Shown piece by piece: positions 54,576 through 64,000 of a stretch of DNA of 64,000 nucleotides; position 1 is the first letter of the stretch, and each line of letters begins with the position of its first letter. The stretch is from the NCBI RefSeq assembly GCF_009914755.1, contig NC_060941.1. One strand, given 5' to 3'. This DNA comes from the human T2T-CHM13v2.0 reference genome, Homo sapiens. The translations under genes were made by a program, and so were the position numbers. The notes under the pieces are model-generated. The model saw only the letters and a list, made by a program, of their open reading frames with translations, searched no databases and was not told the DNA's origin.

Positions 54576-54578
54576 TTT

Positions 54579-55985
<1,407 letters not shown>

Positions 55986-56461
55986 CAGGCTTTTTAAAGC
56001 ACATACACAAAATGTTAACAATCATTATTTCTGGGTGTTGGGAACACATATGTTAATTCTATCATTTTCTATATTTTTCTATAATCAAAAAAATTTTTTA
56101 AAAATAACAATGGAAAAAGGACAAGTAGGGAGCGGTAAATTGTTTCAAGTGACATACTCAGGTCAGGTAAGATAAGTACTGAACATTATACATTGGATTT
56201 AGCCATCAATAAGTCAGTCACAAATATTTCTTAAACATTTACTAAGTAGAGGTCATTTTGACACGTCACAGAATGGGAAAGTAGAGTATAAGCCTAAAGG
56301 CAAGATATAACTTTCTTGATTTTGATGCTGCAGCTTTTATTTACATGATAATGATTGTTGTGGTGATAGTGATGATAAAAGCTTCAATAAGCCACGTTCC
56401 AACTGCATAAAAATCTTAAATCTCCTGTAACAACTAATCACAAACTTTCTTCTTTGCTTAG

Positions 56462-56611
<150 letters not shown>

Positions 56612-56915
56612 TGATATGTACTGATATGATACACTGATATGTTAACACAAGATTATTCTACCACCATGGAATCCCTTCACATAATAGCTCTCTTAGATCA
56701 TGATAACTGTATCTAGTTGTTTATTCCCTCCACGAAATTCACTCTTCATCACAACTAGATGTATTTTTCACCACAGTGCAATACTCAAAAATTTTATATC
56801 AGAACTCAGCTAGAACTCAATTCTAAATTCATTCAAATGAAGAAATGCTTTAGTGACAGTCTGAATGTTTTGGAAATTAAGTTAGTAATGGTAATTCCAT
56901 TTTATTAACAAAAAA

Positions 56916-57810
56916 ATTTTTTTGAGTCTTACTCTTCTCACCCAGGCTGGAGTGCAGTGGCATGATCATGACTCACTGCAGCCTCAACCTCCCAGGTGGG
57001 AGATGATTCTCCCACCTCAGCCACCTGAGTAGCTGGGACTACAGGTGTGCACCACCATGCCCAGCTAATTTTTTGTATTTTTAATAGAGAGAAGGTTTCA
57101 CCCTGTTGCCAAGGATAGTCTCAAATGCCTGGGTGCTGGGATTGTAGGTGTAAGCCACCGTACCCAGCCTGGTAATTCCATTTTTAATGCCCAACTTAAA
57201 ATTATAAGATGTATAAGAACAGTATTTCCTTTTCCCAAGCATTTACTTATACAGTAAAATATCCTTTTTATGTTATTTCCAAAACAAGTACAATTATGGG
57301 GTTTATTTTTATTTTTTTTTATTTTATGTTATTTTACGTTTTCAGAGATGGGGTCTTGCTATGTTGCCCAGACTGGCTTCAAACTCCTGGGCTCCAGCAA
57401 TCCTCCTGCCTCAGCCTCCAGAGTAGCCAGGACTACAGGGATGTGCCACTGTGGTCAGTTTATTTTCATTTTTTTTAAAGAGAAGGTATTGTACTGGCTG
57501 AGTTTCCCAAAGAATGTCTTTTTTTTGAGACAGAGTCTCGCTCTGTTGCCGAGGCTGGAGTACAATGGCGCGATCTCAGCTCACTGCAACTTCTGCCTCC
57601 CAGGTTCAAGCGATTCCCCCTGCCTCATCCTCCCAAGTGTCTGGGATTACAGGCGCCTGCCACCACACCCAGCTATTTTTTTGTATTTTTAGTAGAGACG
57701 GGGTTTTGCCATGTTGGGCAGGCAGGTCTCAAACTCCTGACCTCAGGCATCCACCTGCCTTGGCTTCCCAAAGTGCTGGGATTACAGGCATTGAGCCACC
57801 ACACCTGGCC
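56916..57810 (-). mobile_element. Three antisense Alus (56916-57169, ~57340-57465, 57519-57810)
   Basis: Alu consensus matches; TSD AAGAATGTC around the last copy. Confidence 0.85.
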
Positions 57811-58573
57811 AAGAATGTCAATATTTTATTTCTGTGTGAAGATTTATTAATTGGATACTTACAAATCTGTGGGTGATATACTTGGAGTATTTCTGAAAAT
57901 TGTGAGAATTGCAATTTTATGGCTTACCACTACTGTTTTGGGAGAAATGGGGACAGTCTTGTGGCATGATTTCCACTCTTTATAGTACAGACACCAGGGT
58001 TTTATTGTTGTTGTTTAACAGTGGGATTCTGTGAATACTATCCAGTCTTTCCCTAGTATTCTGTTCTAGGTATCCACATAACTGTAGAGGAAAATAATTG
58101 AGGAATGAAGAACAAAGAAGAGGGAAAGAGATAGGGGGAAGAAATGAATGTTGGAAAAACATAGCCCCATTGAAAGATTGTCATGGATAAAGACTTGCTT
58201 TTTATATTGCAAATATTGAAAATATATTTGACATGAAAGATGTGTCCCTTTTCCCATCCCTATGTGATGCTTATTGTAGGAGACCACAAAGGTAGAGGAC
58301 AAATTCTATTTGCCTTGGCAGTCTAAGCAACACTCCAAGTAGCAAAAGGAGAATCCTATTTATTTCCAAAATCACACCTTTTAGGAAGGGATGATTTCTA
58401 ACTTACAGTAGTATAAGTTCTTTTGGGTACCTTTTTACTTTTTATTGTGTTGCAGCCAAAGATAACTGATATTTATTTAGAGCAATAGGCCTATATTACA
58501 ATTTCTGTGCTCAATGCTTTTCTTTGCATTAATTTAATAGCTCTAATTCTGCATTATAAGATCAATGGTTTAA

Positions 58574-59545
<972 letters not shown>

Positions 59546-59984
59546 TAAAGTCTTTTCAGAAAACACTCATTTAAGTTAGAATTTTTTTTCTGGCATATCA
59601 GATCATGCAAACCTCAGGCATATTTTGCTGCTCCACATTAGTCTAGACCTTGAACAATAATCAATTAATTACATTCACTAATGAAATGCAAGCCAGAATG
59701 TCTGTATTGTCAATTTACATATAATTTCCATTGCACTAGATTATAGAAGTGTTTTAATTGGGTTTCTGAAAAGGTAGTAGAAGCCCTTTTGTTTTAAATG
59801 TAATGTCTGATATTAGAAACCACTTTAAAAATTTTCTTTTATTTCAACTGTAAATGGGTCTCGCTTTTTTCAGTTAAATATAAAATATATGTTCTAGAAG
59901 AGTTTCTGAAAGTCATATTCAAGACAGAACGCACCCTGCATTTCAAATATTTATTCTCATGTCTTTGGTCAGAATTTAGGCATA

Positions 59985-60948
<964 letters not shown>

Positions 60949-61186
60949 TATAGTAATACCTAGCTGTGAGGGTGGCTGAGAAATGTAGCCTCATTTTGCA
61001 TGGCCAAATTGGATACAATAATAGCTTTTGCTATAGAGCTGCTTTCAACAATTCAAGTTATTCAGTGACTTCACTGTGGTCGATTGCAACACTGCATATA
61101 TGGGAAAGTACTTAGAGTTTTTGGTGTTCTATATGCAATGCATTTCTATCACTTATTAACCTTAAAATAGCTAATGGAATATGTAA

Positions 61187-61500
<314 letters not shown>

Positions 61501-62439
61501 TAACAATGAAAGTAGGAATAGATGGCAGTCCAATAGATGGATTTAATTTACTGTGGTACTCGATGATAAAGACTGAATTTAGCTAAGGCAGAATGGGAAG
61601 GTGTTCCTTGCATTATTTTGTCCTTGAGCTGGTGAATCTAAATATATACCAGATAGATATATTTGGTGGTGATGTACTATTGATGGTGGCATGTGCTATT
61701 GATGAATGCTCTTCTGCTTTAAAACTTATGGCATTAGTACCCATTTTTTAACCATGATATGGCCCTACCACTGCTTTAAAGCTATGATCTAAGCATACAG
61801 AGAAAATCAGACATTAGATACTAAAACTCAATAGAAATCATTTCAGCTATTCCTTTACCTGGTAGGGCCACATCTAAACATATGAGACAAGTGAGAATCT
61901 ATCTTGTTTTTGAAGACTTGCAAAGAAAGATCTACTCAACAGAGCAGAGTAGTTTCTGGCTTTCAGACAAAGCATGTCTTTAAAATGATTGTTCCAAAAG
62001 CACTCATATTTCACTAAAATGCTACTGTATTGTTTTGCCTTTCACATCAACAAGTTGTAGAACTAAATTAGATCAAGATTATCTTCTTCCTACCTGCAAA
62101 TTTTTCTCTCATTTAAGCCTCAAATAACAAACTTTCTATCCTCAAATTTTCTGGTGAAAATGCATGGCATTGGTCAACCTCTTGCAGCCTGCTAGTTCAT
62201 GTTCTTCTTCTTAGTCATCTTTATATCAATTTTGCTTTACCAATATATGTAAAAATTGTGAGTAATCATTTTTTTTAATCACATCAAATCTCATATAGAA
62301 GGTATAAGGGCATGAATGATTGAATCAATGAATAAATCAAACGGAAGTCACTTTGCTGACATTTTATGAAATATACTTCATACTGTACTATTGAGCTAAA
62401 AGGTAAATATATTAGCCAAGGCTTTTGGAAGAAGGAGTT

Positions 62440-62935
62440 GTGGTGGTGGTATTTAGTAATTTGTTTAACTAGAAAGTTCAGCGTGCAGCTGTTTTCAGGC
62501 ACAACTAGATTCAAAGGCTCAACAATAGCAGCAGGATACTGTCTGTCTTCCTCTAAGCCCTGTTTTTCTGTGTCACTTTCAATTGAGACAGTTTTCTCCA
62601 TGTTGTGACAAAAATGGCCATGAAAGCATCTCTAAGCTTATACTCTACTAGTTCAGCAATCAGAGTACAAAAAGAGTGATTCGTCCCTAATAGTTCTTCC
62701 AAAAGTTCTGAGGCTAACTCTCATTGGCCTATAGTAGGTTACATTGCTATCATATATGAATTGTTAGCCAGATGTATATCACATGACCATCCATGGCACA
62801 AAAGTGGGAGGCACAGTATGACCTGACTCATCTGAACTGACAATGGAGAGATGTTTTTCCAAAGAAAAAAGGAGGATGCTGTCCTCATGAAGGAAGCATG
62901 GATTCCTGACAGTCAAAAATGGCAGATATTCATTA
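62440..62935 (-). mobile_element. Old MLT1-type MaLR LTR
   Basis: CTCTCATTGGCCTATAGTAGGTTACA...TTTTTCCAAAGAAAAAAGGAGGATGCTG, similar to antisense MLT1; boundaries approximate. Confidence 0.5.
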
Positions 62936-62962
62936 CAATAGGCACTCATTTATTTTCCCTAA

Positions 62963-63244
<282 letters not shown>

Positions 63245-64000
63245 TAATGATACAAGTGAGGTCACTATTATAAGTAAATCTCTCAACCTCAGTTGCTCCC
63301 GATGTGGCTCGTGTTAAAAAATGTACAACCAAACTGATCACTTTCTTTCAACAAGCATAGCCATTAAAGATTCTATTTTATCATCAAATATTCTAAGATC
63401 ACACTCCAGAGAACTCATTCCCCTAATAATAACATGATTGCTCCTAGCAGGAGATGGTTTATTGTACAGCTTTATTCTTTCTCTGAAGCTTTTTGAGAAG
63501 CAGATATGGATATATGCAAAGATGTGTATGTGCATTATTTGCCTGTGTGTGAGTGTCTTTACAAGTACACACACCTGGGGTATGATTATGGCCTGAGTAT
63601 ATATTTTTACTCATGAGCACCCAGGTAGTACATATTTCCTAAGAACTTACTACTTACTTGGGTGACAGGTAAGTGCATACACATTAGCTTATATAAACAA
63701 TTTATTCTCTCATATGAAATATGTAAATTACTTTCACTAAGCTTATTCAGTAATCATCAGCCTTATGAGTCTTTTCAACCTAATTCTAGACAATTCCCTT
63801 TACCTTCTCAATTCCAGTTCTTCCTACTAAATCAAAAGGTGTATATTCATTTTATTTTTGCAATTATATCTATCTAGATATTAATTCAATTACTATCTCA
63901 CTAATATAATTAACCTAGTGAAAACTCTAAAAGATAAATAAAATTAATGTCAAATATAGTCAATCTTAAATATAAAAAAAGAATTTTTAAAACACAGCCA

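Overview
Primate (human-like) genomic DNA, not microbial. The window covers an internal part of the EFCAB5 gene on the + strand. Eight GT-AG coding exons (1660-1708, 5254-5324, 39592-39747, 56462-56561, 58599-59492, 61224-61301, 61400-61492, 63012-63226) splice into one continuous frame (IQNVLQEFFQNPDFKL...[10 protein letters not shown]); I recognise the gene from memory of the protein, not from a database search. The introns are mostly transposon relics: many Alus, two young L1PA elements in inverted orientation, several solo LTRs, Hsmar2, Tigger1 and other DNA transposons, and an ERVL internal remnant. The most striking object is a HERV-I (LTR10-type) sequence at 44032-46575. It is structured as an L1-retrotransposed copy of a spliced env mRNA rather than a provirus: R-U5-PBS-leader joined to env, then U3-R, an A-rich tail and a perfect 19-bp TSD. 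Other observations include p53-like sites in two LTRs, convergent CTCF-like motifs, a 30-bp coding repeat rich in RRxS motifs, an AT-rich palindrome and several templated repair scars. I see no evidence for a wholly new gene system. Repeat subfamily names come from recalled consensus sequences and need RepeatMasker/Dfam confirmation; many repeat boundaries are approximate.
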